DNA of 64,000 nucleotides from Candidatus Marinacidobacterales bacterium. GTDB lineage: Bacteria > Acidobacteriota > Vicinamibacteria > Marinacidobacterales > DATDRI01. The DNA lies in NCBI GenBank assembly GCA_965219415.1, contig CBDCNP010000002.1, forward strand, positions 1,280,001 to 1,344,000, given 5' to 3'. Shown one piece after another: positions 19,987 to 29,747 of this stretch. A program made the position numbers and the translations under genes. The notes under the pieces were generated by a model. The model had not been told where the DNA came from. It searched no databases and worked only from the letters and a program-made list of their open reading frames with translations. The stretch's first letter is position 1. Each line of letters opens with the position of its first letter.

Positions 19987-21339
19987 TCAGGCGCTGGCCG
20001 CGTGAGCGACGGGGGTGTCCTTGATCAGGCCCAAGACCCAGGACAGCAACCCATCCGCCCGCGCCCCGTGCTTGCCGTAAGATGCGAGCATTCGAAACTT
20101 TTCCTCGAGCTCGGCTCGGTTGAGCGGGCTTTCCGGGTCTCCCCGCGGGTGGGTTACTGCGCCGTCCAATCTCTCGCCGCCCTCCAACACGAGACGGATG
20201 CGCGCCGGCCACTCGACCGGGTAGCGTGACTCGAGATCCGATCGGGCCAACGCGCTGATTCGAGGCAAGAGACCTCGGACGGCCGGGTCGGCGATACTCG
20301 CAGGCGTAAAATCCTCGAGCGTGACGTGACCGCGCGTGAGGGCCAACGCGACGCAGTGCTGCAAGCTGAACTGCGCGGCATACGGCGTCCGAGGCTCGGA
20401 ATCGTCGCAAAGATCGAGTGCCGCCTGGTAGGTGTCGATCTCGACACGCTCGACGGCGCGGCCCTCGAGCCGGCGCCGAAGCCCCAATGACACATCGATC
20501 GAGGCGTGGGTGTGACGACAAGACGCGTGGGGTTTCAGGGAGACGCCACCGATCTTGAAGACGGGCGAGACCGTGTCGAGTCCGTCGACGACGCGTTCAG
20601 GAGCGGCGTTCGGCGCGGTAGCGGCGAAGAGCCCTCTCTCTCCTTCGAGGATGCGGCGCGGGCCGGTGAAGCCTCGCGCCGCCAGGTCGGCAGCGAGAAG
20701 ACCGCCGGCGGCGGCGCGCCCGGTGTGCAGGTGCTTGCTCATCGCGCCGTCGGCGCTGAACTCCCAAAGGCCGGACGACTGCGTGCCCGCGTTGCCCAGG
20801 GCCCATACGATCTGCTCTTCCGTCAGACCCAAAAGCCAGCCCGCCGCGGCTGCGGCACCGAAGACACCGCAAGTCCCGGTGTTGTGGAAGTAGTAGTAAT
20901 GTCGCTTACCTACCGCCTCGCCTATTCGAATGGCTACCTCGTAACCCGCCACCACCGCCGAAAGGAAGTCTCTGCCGTTCCGGTTCTCGCGCTCCGCCAC
21001 CGCCAGGGCGGCGGGAATCACAACCGCGCCCGGGTGCACCACCGACCCACGATCCACGTCGTCCATCTCGACGATGTGCGAGAGGCCGCCGTTTACCAAT
21101 GCTGCTACGTCTGCCGACCGGGACAAACTGCTCCCTACCACGCCGCACGGTCCGGACGGCTGCATTTCGGCATAGTCGAGCAGCATGGCCCCGGGTGCGG
21201 TGGCCGTTCCAGCGAGCGTCGATCCCAACCAATCGAGCAAGTAACCTTGGGACGTTTCTAGAACCTCTTCCGGTAACCCGGACGCGCGCCATTCTGAGAG
21301 CCAGCTCGCTAGGCGTTCGGTAAGGGATGCTTCAACCAT
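19987..21339 (-). CDS. MmgE/PrpD family protein
   Basis: NGGLSHIVEMDD, VHPGAVVIPAALA, FHNTGTCG, KPHASCRHTH and PRGDPESPL motifs. Confidence 0.92.
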   Translation of the reverse strand: MVEASLTERLASWLSEWRASGLPEEVLETSQGYLLDWLGSTLAGTATAPGAMLLDYAEMQPSGPCGVVGSSLSRSADVAALVNGGLSHIVEMDDVDRGSVVHPGAVVIPAALAVAERENRNGRDFLSAVVAGYEVAIRIGEAVGKRHYYYFHNTGTCGVFGAAAAAGWLLGLTEEQIVWALGNAGTQSSGLWEFSADGAMSKHLHTGRAAAGGLLAADLAARGFTGPRRILEGERGLFAATAPNAAPERVVDGLDTVSPVFKIGGVSLKPHASCRHTHASIDVSLGLRRRLEGRAVERVEIDTYQAALDLCDDSEPRTPYAAQFSLQHCVALALTRGHVTLEDFTPASIADPAVRGLLPRISALARSDLESRYPVEWPARIRLVLEGGERLDGAVTHPRGDPESPLNRAELEEKFRMLASYGKHGARADGLLSWVLGLIKDTPVAHAASA

Positions 21340-21376
21340 AGTCGGACCTCCGTGTGATGTTCCGAGAGGTTGTGCC

Positions 21377-21385
21377 TGATATAGT
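21377..21385 (+). promoter_or_regulatory. Possible extended -10 promoter for the acyl-CoA dehydrogenase operon
   Basis: TG-A-TATAGT ~30 bp upstream of the ATG at 21415, in the divergent intergenic gap. Confidence 0.4.
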
Positions 21386-21414
21386 ATCGCAGCGTCGTCG
21401 GTTGCGAGAGCTCA

Positions 21415-22578
21415 ATGCCTTTTCACCTCAGCCCTGAGCAAGAACAGATAAGACAAAGCGTCCGGGAGATCTGTAGCGACTTCCCGGGAGAGTACTGGCG
21501 CGAACTGGACCGTCAGGGAAAGTATCCGGACGCGTTCGTCGAAGCCCTCACAAAAGGAGGCTGGCTGGCAGCGCTCATCCCCGAGGAGTACGGCGGCACT
21601 GGACTGGGAGTTTTCGAAGCGAGCCTCATCCTCGAGGAGATCAACCACTCGCCGGGTAACGCGGGCGTATGCCACGCGCAAATGTACATCATGGGGACGC
21701 TGCTCCGACACGGATCGGATCCTCAGAAGAAGCGGTACCTCCCCGCGATTGCCAGAGGGGAGTTGCGCTTGCAAGCCTTTGGTGTGACCGAGCCCACCAC
21801 CGGCTCGGATACGACCCAGCTGAAGACGACCGCGGTGCGGAAGGGCGACAAGTATGTGGTGAACGGTCAAAAGGTTTTCATATCGCGGGTCGAGCATTCG
21901 GACTTGCTTCTCCTGCTGGCTCGCACCACGCCCGCGGAGCAGGTGGACAAGCGAACCGAGGGGCTCTCCATCCTCCTGGTCGATCTGCGCCAAGCCGTCG
22001 GCAACGGCATCACCGTTCGACCGATTCGCACCATGATGAACCACCATTCAACGGAGCTTTTCATCGAAGAGCTAGAAGTTCCGGTCGATAGCTTGGTGGG
22101 TGATGAGGGCAAGGGCTTTCGCTACCTTCTCGACGGCTTGAACGCCGAGAGGATTCTCATCGCCGCCGAGTGCATCGGCGACGGGCGCTGGTTCCTCGAT
22201 CGCTCCTGCGGTTACGCCAAAGAGCGGGTAGTCTTCGACCGACCCATCGGCCAGAACCAAGGCGTTCAGTTTCCCATCGCGCGGGCCCATATTAATGTAG
22301 AAGCTGCGGACCTCATGCGCTTCCAGGCGGCCGAGCTCTTCGATCGCGGCAAACCGTGTGGCCCGGAAGCGAACATGGCCAAGCTCTTGGCGGCCGACGC
22401 CTCTTGGGAGGCGGCCAACGTGGCTGTTCAGACGCACGGCGGCTTCGGCTTCGCCGAAGAGTACGACATCGAGCGCAAGTTTCGGGAAACGAAGCTCTAT
22501 CAAGTCGCCCCGATCTCGACGAACCTCATTCTGGCTTATGTGGCGGAGCACATCCTGGGGCTCCCCAGGTCGTACTGA
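21415..22578 (+). CDS. Acyl-CoA dehydrogenase (possibly methylsuccinyl-CoA dehydrogenase-like)
   Basis: IPEEYGGTG, AFGVTEPTTGSD, VNGQKVFIS and QTHGGFGF motifs. The substrate is inferred from gene context only. Confidence 0.92.
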   Translation: MPFHLSPEQEQIRQSVREICSDFPGEYWRELDRQGKYPDAFVEALTKGGWLAALIPEEYGGTGLGVFEASLILEEINHSPGNAGVCHAQMYIMGTLLRHGSDPQKKRYLPAIARGELRLQAFGVTEPTTGSDTTQLKTTAVRKGDKYVVNGQKVFISRVEHSDLLLLLARTTPAEQVDKRTEGLSILLVDLRQAVGNGITVRPIRTMMNHHSTELFIEELEVPVDSLVGDEGKGFRYLLDGLNAERILIAAECIGDGRWFLDRSCGYAKERVVFDRPIGQNQGVQFPIARAHINVEAADLMRFQAAELFDRGKPCGPEANMAKLLAADASWEAANVAVQTHGGFGFAEEYDIERKFRETKLYQVAPISTNLILAYVAEHILGLPRSY

Positions 22579-23756
22579 TGCTTCCACTGGACGGGATCAC
22601 GGTGGTCGCCATCGAGCAAGCCGTGGCCGGCCCCTTTGCCAGTCGCCAGCTTGCCGATCTCGGCGCGCGGGTGATTAAGATCGAACGCCCCAAGGGCGGC
22701 GACTTCGCTCGATCGTATGACACCACCGTCAAGGGACTGTCCAGTCACTTCGTCTGGCTGAACCGATCGAAGGAATCCCTCACCCTCGACCTCAAACAAG
22801 AAGAAGCTCGTTCCATCTTCGAACAGCTTCTGGCCAAGGCGGACGTGCTCCTACACAACCTGGCACCGGGTGCGGCGGACCGTCTTGGGTTGGGCTCGGA
22901 GGCGGTTCGAAAAAAGCAGCCCCGCCTCATTACCTGCGCTATTTCCGGCTATGGCTCGTCGGGTCCCTGGCGAGAGGAGAAAGCCTACGATCTGCTCGTT
23001 CAAGCCGAGGCCGGGCTCCTCTCTATCACCGGAACTGAGGAGACACCTTCGAAAGTGGGGATCTCCGTCGCCGACATCGCTGCCGGCACGTATGCCTACG
23101 CGGGGGTTCTGACAGCACTTCTTACTCGGGCCAAAACGGGTGAAGGGTTGGCCATCGAAGTTTCCCTTCTAGACGCGCTAGGAGAATGGATGGGCTACCC
23201 GGCGCTTTACGCCGGTTACGGCGGCTCGGCCCCACCCCGAACCGGACCGAGTCATGCCGCGATCGCTCCTTACGGACCCTTCGCGAGCGGTGGGGATGGC
23301 GTGGTGTATCTCGCGGTGCAGAACGATGCGGAGTGGAAACGCTTTTGCGAGCAAGTCGTGAAGCGTCCCGAGTTGGCGGAGGATCCTCGATTCGACTCCA
23401 ACTCGAAGCGGGTTCGGAACCGCGCCGATCTCCATGACCTGATCGAGTCGACGTTCCGGGAGCTCACCGCTCCGGAAGTTGTGGAACGGCTCGGGCAGGC
23501 GCAGATCGCCCACGGTCGCCTGAGGACCATCCAGGAGTTTTTGGACCACCCACAGCTTTCCGCCCGCGAACGCTGGCGTGAGGTGGATTCACCAGCCGGC
23601 CCAGTGCGGGTCCTCCTTCCACCCGTCAACCTCGAGGGAGTCGAGCCATTGATGGAGGCCGTTCCGGCGCTGGGTCAGCACACCGAGGCTATACTCCAGG
23701 AGCTAGGATTCGATTCACACGCTGTCGGAAGACTCCGCCGGGCGGGGGTGATCTAA
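22578..23756 (+). CDS. CaiB/BaiF family CoA-transferase (itaconate CoA-transferase-like)
   Basis: Real start is the ATG overlapping the upstream stop (TGATG). Sequence begins MLPLDGITVVAIEQAVAGPFASRQLADLGARVIKIE and contains NRSKESLTLDLK and KAYDLLVQAEAG. Confidence 0.9.
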   Translation: MLPLDGITVVAIEQAVAGPFASRQLADLGARVIKIERPKGGDFARSYDTTVKGLSSHFVWLNRSKESLTLDLKQEEARSIFEQLLAKADVLLHNLAPGAADRLGLGSEAVRKKQPRLITCAISGYGSSGPWREEKAYDLLVQAEAGLLSITGTEETPSKVGISVADIAAGTYAYAGVLTALLTRAKTGEGLAIEVSLLDALGEWMGYPALYAGYGGSAPPRTGPSHAAIAPYGPFASGGDGVVYLAVQNDAEWKRFCEQVVKRPELAEDPRFDSNSKRVRNRADLHDLIESTFRELTAPEVVERLGQAQIAHGRLRTIQEFLDHPQLSARERWREVDSPAGPVRVLLPPVNLEGVEPLMEAVPALGQHTEAILQELGFDSHAVGRLRRAGVI

Positions 23757-23805
23757 ACGCCGAGCTGATTTCTAGGAAATCATTTTTCGTGGTGAGGTCA
23801 AGACC

Positions 23806-24324
23806 ATGACAATCAAAGAAGGGTGGCAAGGGCGAGTCTACGAGGACTTCGAGGTCGGTGACGTCTATCGCCACCCGCTTGGACGAACCGTAGTTTCAGC
23901 CGACAACATCTGGTTCACCCTCCTGACGCAAAACACCAACCCGCTACACTTCGATCACGCCTACGCTAGCCAGACCGAGATCGGAAAGCCGCTGGTGGAT
24001 TCCACTTTTACGCTGGCTCTGGTGACGGGACAGTCGGTGACAGACGTCTCCCAAAACGCCATGGCGAACCTCGGCTGGGACGAAGTGCACTTGCCCCATC
24101 CCGTCTTCGAAGGAGATACCGTTTACTCGCAAAGCGAAGTGCTCGAAAAACGCGAGTCGAAATCACGAGCCAACGTCGGCATCGTCAAGGTCAAAACGAC
24201 CGGCTTCAATCAAGACGGGAAAGTGATCATCGAGTTCAAGCGGACGATGATGATTTACAAGCGTGGCCACGTCCCTGAGACTTGGCCGCCGAATGCTGGA
24301 AGGCAAGATCCGACGTCGAGGTAG
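23806..24324 (+). CDS. MaoC-family (R)-hydratase (itaconyl-CoA hydratase-like)
   Basis: GRVYEDFEVGD and DNIWFTLLTQNTNPLHFD hot-dog hydratase motif; PVFEGDT. Confidence 0.88.
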   Translation: MTIKEGWQGRVYEDFEVGDVYRHPLGRTVVSADNIWFTLLTQNTNPLHFDHAYASQTEIGKPLVDSTFTLALVTGQSVTDVSQNAMANLGWDEVHLPHPVFEGDTVYSQSEVLEKRESKSRANVGIVKVKTTGFNQDGKVIIEFKRTMMIYKRGHVPETWPPNAGRQDPTSR

Positions 24325-24327
24325 GCG

Positions 24328-25953
24328 GTGCCATCGGTCGCGGAAGTTCTGCTCGACGGTCTCAAGAGCGCCGGAGCAACGCGGCTTTTCGGAGTTCCGG
24401 GTGGCGGCGGGAGCCTGGAGCTCTTGCAAGCGGCCCGCCACTGCGGCCTGCCTTTCGTTTTGTGTCACCAGGAAACGGCCGCCTGTATCATGGCCGCGGT
24501 CACCGGAGAGCTCACCGGAAAACCCGGTGCCGCCCTGGTCGCCCTCGGACCGGGAGCGGCGAGCGCGGTCAACGGTGTTGCCTACGCGCGGCTGGACCGG
24601 GCGCCGCTGATTGTTTTCACCGACCGCCACTCCGAGGAGAACCTTGCCTTCACCACTCACCAGGCACTCGACCATCGAGCTCTTCTCGGCGCCGCCGCCA
24701 AAGCGAGCACCATCGTCCGTCCCGAGACGGCGCACGTTCAGATCACAGAAGCCGTCGAGCTCGCCGTGACCGACCCCCGGGGGCCGGTGCATCTGGAACT
24801 CCCGGCCGACGTCGCGGCAAAGCCTTCCGGTGCATCGGCTCCGTTGGCGAACGCGGGGCCGGAACCTCCAACGGAGGTTTCGGGGATAGATAGGGCCGCG
24901 GAGCAGATTCGCTCCGCGCGACGACCGGTTCTGCTCGTGGGACTCGAGTGCCGCGATGATGAGGATACGCGACAGGTCCGAGAGCTCGCCACGCGTCTCG
25001 TCGCACCCGTCCTCACTACCTACAAGGCAAAAGGCGCCTTGCCGGACGATCACCCACTGCACGCGGGGATCTTCACCGGAGCCGCCCTCGAGAAGGACGT
25101 CGTCGGTTCCGCCGACCTTATCGTGGCCCTGGGGCTCGATCATGTGGAGTTGATCCCCAAGCGGTGGGTCTACGAGTGCTCCGTGATCCACATCAGCCGC
25201 GAGCCATCCTCGGCTCGCTACTACCGCCCCGAAGTCGTCCTCACCGGGCGGCCAGGACGGATCCTTCGCGAGCTGATGGTACGACTCGGCGGTGATGTGC
25301 GTACGGAGTGGAAACGAGAGACGCTGGCTGAGCTCAAGCGCTCGGTGGCCGAAAGACTAGTGGTTCCTACAGAGGGTTTGGCACCCCACCGGGTCGTACA
25401 AGTGGCCAGGAAGATCGCACCCGAACCAACTATCGCCGTCGTCGATTCCGGGGCCCACATGTTCCCCCTAACCCACTTCTGGACGGCGCCAGCACCGAAG
25501 AGCTTCCTCATTAGTAACGGCCTGGCAACGATGGGCTTCGCGCTTCCCGCCGCCATCGCTGCGCAGCTCGCCCATCCCGAGCGGCCGGTCATCTGCTTCA
25601 CCGGAGACGGCGGGTTGATGATGGTGGCGGCGGAGCTGGAAACGGTGGCGCGCCTCGGCTTGCTGATCGTCATCGTTGTTTTCAACGATCAAGCTCTCTC
25701 CCTTATTAAGATCAAGCAAGAGCAGAAGGGCTATGGTGGGCGTGACATGAGCTACTGCGGACCGGAATTCCCGGCGCTCGCCCGCAGCTTCGGGATCGAG
25801 GCCTTTGCTGCCCACACCGAAAGCGAGTTCGAAGAAACTCTTAGCGCGGCTTTGGCGAAGGAGGGGCCGGTACTGATCGACGCGCGGGTCGACCCTTCCG
25901 GCTATCGCGCGATGCTGGAGACGATTCGCGGAGCGCCCTCGGCTAAAGCCTAG
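24328..25953 (+). CDS. Thiamine-diphosphate-dependent enzyme (acetolactate synthase-like family)
   Basis: FGVPGG, HQETAA catalytic Glu, ISNGLATMGFALP and GDGG...NDQ ThDP motif. Confidence 0.88.
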   Translation: MPSVAEVLLDGLKSAGATRLFGVPGGGGSLELLQAARHCGLPFVLCHQETAACIMAAVTGELTGKPGAALVALGPGAASAVNGVAYARLDRAPLIVFTDRHSEENLAFTTHQALDHRALLGAAAKASTIVRPETAHVQITEAVELAVTDPRGPVHLELPADVAAKPSGASAPLANAGPEPPTEVSGIDRAAEQIRSARRPVLLVGLECRDDEDTRQVRELATRLVAPVLTTYKAKGALPDDHPLHAGIFTGAALEKDVVGSADLIVALGLDHVELIPKRWVYECSVIHISREPSSARYYRPEVVLTGRPGRILRELMVRLGGDVRTEWKRETLAELKRSVAERLVVPTEGLAPHRVVQVARKIAPEPTIAVVDSGAHMFPLTHFWTAPAPKSFLISNGLATMGFALPAAIAAQLAHPERPVICFTGDGGLMMVAAELETVARLGLLIVIVVFNDQALSLIKIKQEQKGYGGRDMSYCGPEFPALARSFGIEAFAAHTESEFEETLSAALAKEGPVLIDARVDPSGYRAMLETIRGAPSAKA

Positions 25954-25957
25954 TGCA

Positions 25958-27469
25958 CTAGCGCATCACAAACGGGTTCGGAATCTCGGTCGAAGTAGAG
26001 ATCCACACGCTCTTTACCTGCATGTACTCCTTGATCATTTCCTGGCCGTTCTCGCGCCCGAGACCGCTGCGCTTGTATCCGCCAAAGGGCGACATGTAGC
26101 TAATCGCGCGATAGGTGTTCACCCACACCGTACCGGCCTGCAAGCGTTCCGCCATTGTGATGGCCCGACGAATGCTCTCGGTCCACACCCCGGCGGCGAG
26201 ACCGAAGACGATGTCGTTACCGATAGCGAGTGCTTCGTCTTCGTCTTCGAACGGTATGACGGAAAGCACCGGACCGAACACTTCTTCCTGGGCGATGCGC
26301 ATCGAGTTTTTCACCCGCGCAAAGATCGTCGGCTCGACGAACCAGCCATCACCGCACTCCGGACGAGTCGCCTTGCCCCCACCAAGCAGGGTCTCCGCTC
26401 CCTCGGTTTTGGCGACGTCGATGTAGTCGAGCACTTTTTTGTACTGCGGCTGGTTGGTGACCGGTCCGACTTGAGTGTCCCGGCTCATCGGATCGCCCAT
26501 CTTCGCGGTCTTAGCGAACGCCACCAGCTTCTCGACAAACTCGTCGTGGATGCTTTGCTGTACCAGCAGCCTGGATCCGGCGATGCAAGTTTGCCCGGTG
26601 GCGGCGAAGATTCCGGAGATGACACCCTTCACTGCATTGTCCATGTGGGCGTCGTCGAACACGATATTGGGAGACTTGCCGCCAAGCTCAAGGCTCACAC
26701 GCTTGAGTCCGCGGGCCGCCGTTTCATAGATCAGCTGCCCGGTCTTGTCGGAACCGGTAAAGGCCACTTTGCGGACGAGTGGGTGCTCAACGAGTGGGGT
26801 GCCGACATCCGGCCCGAAACCGGTAACCACATTCACCACACCGGGGGGGAAACCCGCTTTTTCGAGCAGCTTCACAAACTCGAGTGTGGAGGCCGAGGTG
26901 TACTCGGACGGCTTGATCACGACAGTGTTGCCCGCCGCGAGAGCCGGCGCGAGCTTCCAGGCGGTGAGCAGTAGTGGCGAGTTCCAGGGAACGATCGCGC
27001 CTATCACACCGAGCGGCTCGTAGCGCGTATAGTTGAAGTTCCCGGGTTTGTCGATGGGTATGACCGCCCCTTCGATCTTGTCGGCGAGGCCGCCGTAGTA
27101 GTAATACCACTGAGGCACGTACTTGAGCTGCGCCCCCATCTCCGCGATCAGCTTGCCGTTGTCGCGCACCTCGATCTCCGCAAGCTCCTCGGCGTGTTCG
27201 GCGAGGACGTCCCCGAGTTTGCGCAACAGGGCACCGCGCTGGGTCCCGGTCAGCTTCGGCCACATGCCGGTTGTGAAGGCGCGGTGGGCGGCTTGCACGG
27301 CGCGGTCGACATCTCCGGTGTTGCCTCTTGGAATTAGCGCCCACGGACTACCGGTGTAGGGGTTGTCGCTCTCGAAGTACTCACCGGAAGCAGACTCTAC
27401 CCACTCTCCGTCGATGTATATTTTGTACTTCTCGAGCGATTGCGCTGCCGTTTTCATATGCCCCTCCAT
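25958..27469 (-). CDS. NAD(P)-dependent aldehyde dehydrogenase
   Basis: IVPWNSP, FTGS, LELGGKSP, GQTCIAGSR and EEVFGPV motifs. Confidence 0.95.
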   Translation of the reverse strand: MEGHMKTAAQSLEKYKIYIDGEWVESASGEYFESDNPYTGSPWALIPRGNTGDVDRAVQAAHRAFTTGMWPKLTGTQRGALLRKLGDVLAEHAEELAEIEVRDNGKLIAEMGAQLKYVPQWYYYYGGLADKIEGAVIPIDKPGNFNYTRYEPLGVIGAIVPWNSPLLLTAWKLAPALAAGNTVVIKPSEYTSASTLEFVKLLEKAGFPPGVVNVVTGFGPDVGTPLVEHPLVRKVAFTGSDKTGQLIYETAARGLKRVSLELGGKSPNIVFDDAHMDNAVKGVISGIFAATGQTCIAGSRLLVQQSIHDEFVEKLVAFAKTAKMGDPMSRDTQVGPVTNQPQYKKVLDYIDVAKTEGAETLLGGGKATRPECGDGWFVEPTIFARVKNSMRIAQEEVFGPVLSVIPFEDEDEALAIGNDIVFGLAAGVWTESIRRAITMAERLQAGTVWVNTYRAISYMSPFGGYKRSGLGRENGQEMIKEYMQVKSVWISTSTEIPNPFVMR

Positions 27470-27493
27470 CAGAATTCGTAGACTCGACCGCCG

Positions 27494-28159
27494 TTACTCA
27501 TGTGCTTTCCCGCCAAGTATCGCTTCGCGGAAACGATTCTTTAGATACACACCATCTCGGGCCGGTAGCCCCGTTGGCGGTGATGTAGCTTTGACCTTGA
27601 TGGCCGCAAACGTCGGGCCTTCGCCGCGGTAAAGCGTGGGGACGAGGGCCTCGAGCTGGTCTTCATCGTACACCGTCGCGCTCCGCGCGAAACCCATCGC
27701 GCTAGCGATGCCCGCCAGATCAACGCCGAAGCGGGTATGTGAATCCTGCATGCCGGTCTCGCCGTAGCGCTCGTTGTCGATAACCACCAGCGCCAGGTTT
27801 CGCGGCCGTTGCACGGCGATCGTGGCGAGCCCGCCGAGCCCCATGAGCAACTCACCATCCCCGGTGATCACGAGGACGCGCCGCTGGGGTTGTGCTAGCG
27901 CAAGCCCAAGGCCGATCATGGTCGCGCCGCCCATGGCACCCCAGAGGTAGAAGTTATCGCGTCGGTCGCCGGCCGCCGCGGTGTCCCATGCGGTACTCCC
28001 CAGTCCTGCGATGAGCAAGGCTTCACCGCGATCCTCGAGCACCCGTGGCACCACCTCGAGGCGGTCCAGCGTAATCTCTTTGGCACGCGTCAAGTTTGGC
28101 AGGGCTGGCAAAGTCCGGCGTCGTACCGACATCGACGAAGATTCCCCTACTTTTCCCAC
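27494..28159 (-). CDS. ThDP-binding beta subunit of a sulfopyruvate/phosphonopyruvate decarboxylase-like enzyme
   Basis: NFYLWGAMG and GDGELLM...DNERYGETG ThDP motif; overlaps the alpha-subunit gene. Start codon uncertain. Confidence 0.8.
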   Translation of the reverse strand: MGKVGESSSMSVRRRTLPALPNLTRAKEITLDRLEVVPRVLEDRGEALLIAGLGSTAWDTAAAGDRRDNFYLWGAMGGATMIGLGLALAQPQRRVLVITGDGELLMGLGGLATIAVQRPRNLALVVIDNERYGETGMQDSHTRFGVDLAGIASAMGFARSATVYDEDQLEALVPTLYRGEGPTFAAIKVKATSPPTGLPARDGVYLKNRFREAILGGKAHE

Positions 28160-28683
28160 TTCTTGAACCCGGTGATTCGCTGCGCAACCAAGACCGCGGC
28201 CGCGCGGTTGTCGTGAAAAGCGGATCGCGCCGCAGCCTCGACGGCGGGAGCCAGCCGTTTGGCCACGGCCACGTGTTCAACGACTAACCCAACTTCCTGG
28301 AGTATAGGCCCGGCCGCTTGTCCCATCGGTACCTGCCAGGGGTTGAACTCGCCCGGCTCACCGCGCATGGTCACTAACATGAGTAAGGGAAAACGACACT
28401 CCCGGACCATCGCCAACATGTTGATGCAGTTACCAACGCCACTCGATTGCATCAGCAGTACGCCGCGCTCGCCACCGAGCCAGGCGCCGGCGAGCAAAGG
28501 AATACCTTCCTCTTCCGTGGTCAGGGGAATGGCTTTGATGCGCTCGTCGGAATGGCAAAGCGCGATCAAGCGGGCATGACCGGCATCCGGCACGTAGGCC
28601 GCCTGGCGAATCTCGACGTCCTGCAGCACCCCAAAGATCTCCTTCGGCCAGGTAGCTTGTTGTGCACCCGTGCTGTTTCCCAT
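28147..28683 (-). CDS. Alpha subunit of a sulfopyruvate/phosphonopyruvate decarboxylase-like enzyme (ComD-like)
   Basis: YVPD, LTTEEEG, LMQSSGVGNCIN and RGEPGEFNPWQVPMG motifs. Confidence 0.82.
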   Translation of the reverse strand: MGNSTGAQQATWPKEIFGVLQDVEIRQAAYVPDAGHARLIALCHSDERIKAIPLTTEEEGIPLLAGAWLGGERGVLLMQSSGVGNCINMLAMVRECRFPLLMLVTMRGEPGEFNPWQVPMGQAAGPILQEVGLVVEHVAVAKRLAPAVEAAARSAFHDNRAAAVLVAQRITGFKKWEK

Positions 28684-28856
28684 TATCTCGACCCAGTTAC
28701 GTTAGCGGCGGCTTTCACGCGCATAATGCTATCTGAAACTGTGCGCGGTGTCGCTCGTGGGACCCTGCACCCCGATGAGCCGGTGGAATCCACGAAGCGC
28801 GAGGCTCGTGAGCGGCCAGGTTGCCGCAGGCTGGGGCAGTGGCTACCATAGCCGGC

Positions 28857-29747
28857 ATGGCAACCCGGCTGCGGCGCTCACTCCTTTACACTCCCGGATC
28901 CTCCGAGGACAAGATCCGAAAAGCCGGTCGCCGAGGCGCCGATGTCCTGATCCTGGACCTCGAGGACGGGGTCCATCCCGACGCCAAGGATCACGCCCGC
29001 GAACAAGTCGCCCGACTCATTGCGGAGGTCGATTTCGGAGGGGCCGAGGTCTTCGTCCGGGCCAATTCGATGTCCTCCCCCTGGGGAGCCCAAGACATCG
29101 AGGCCATTGCGGGCATGCGGCCCGAGGGCGTGGTGCTTCCCAAGGTGAGCGATGATGATGAAGTGCTCTCGGTAGACAAAAGGCTAGGCAAGACGACTCC
29201 CCTGTTCTTGATGATCGAAACGGCGGCGGGCGTAATCAATGTCGTCTCGCTGGCACGGTGCTCACCGCGGGTCGCCGGCCTCATCTTTGGTGCCGCGGAC
29301 TACCGGGAGAGCCTGCGGGTGCAGCCGCACCCAGAGGAGCGCGAGCTTTTCTTTGCCCGGAGTCAGGTGGTCCACGCGGCTCGAGCCGCCGGCACCGCGG
29401 AGGTTTTAGCCTTCGACACGCCCTGCTTCGAGTACCTCGACCACGAGGCGCTCGACCGCAGCGCTCGCCGCGCCCGTCAGCTAGGCTTCGACGGCAAGAC
29501 GGCCGTCCATCCGGCTCAGGTCGCTGCCATCAATACGATCTTCTCGCCGTCACCTTCCGAGGTGGCCCGTGCCACCAAGGTAGCGGCGGCGATGGAAGAG
29601 GCCATGGAGCAGGGCCGCTCGGTGGCCAGCTTGGACGGGGAACTGATTGAAGCGCTCCATCTCAAAGGAGCAAGGCGAACTCTGGAACAGGCGAAGGCGC
29701 TGGGACTACTGCCGGAGCCTAGACCTGAAACAGGTAAGTCCATTTGA
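28857..29747 (+). CDS. CitE/HpcH family acyl-CoA lyase (citramalyl-CoA lyase-like)
   Basis: RRSLLYTPG, LDLEDGV, VRAN, MIETAAG and GFDGKTAVHPAQ motifs. Start reassigned to ATG 28857. Confidence 0.9.
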   Translation: MATRLRRSLLYTPGSSEDKIRKAGRRGADVLILDLEDGVHPDAKDHAREQVARLIAEVDFGGAEVFVRANSMSSPWGAQDIEAIAGMRPEGVVLPKVSDDDEVLSVDKRLGKTTPLFLMIETAAGVINVVSLARCSPRVAGLIFGAADYRESLRVQPHPEERELFFARSQVVHAARAAGTAEVLAFDTPCFEYLDHEALDRSARRARQLGFDGKTAVHPAQVAAINTIFSPSPSEVARATKVAAAMEEAMEQGRSVASLDGELIEALHLKGARRTLEQAKALGLLPEPRPETGKSI

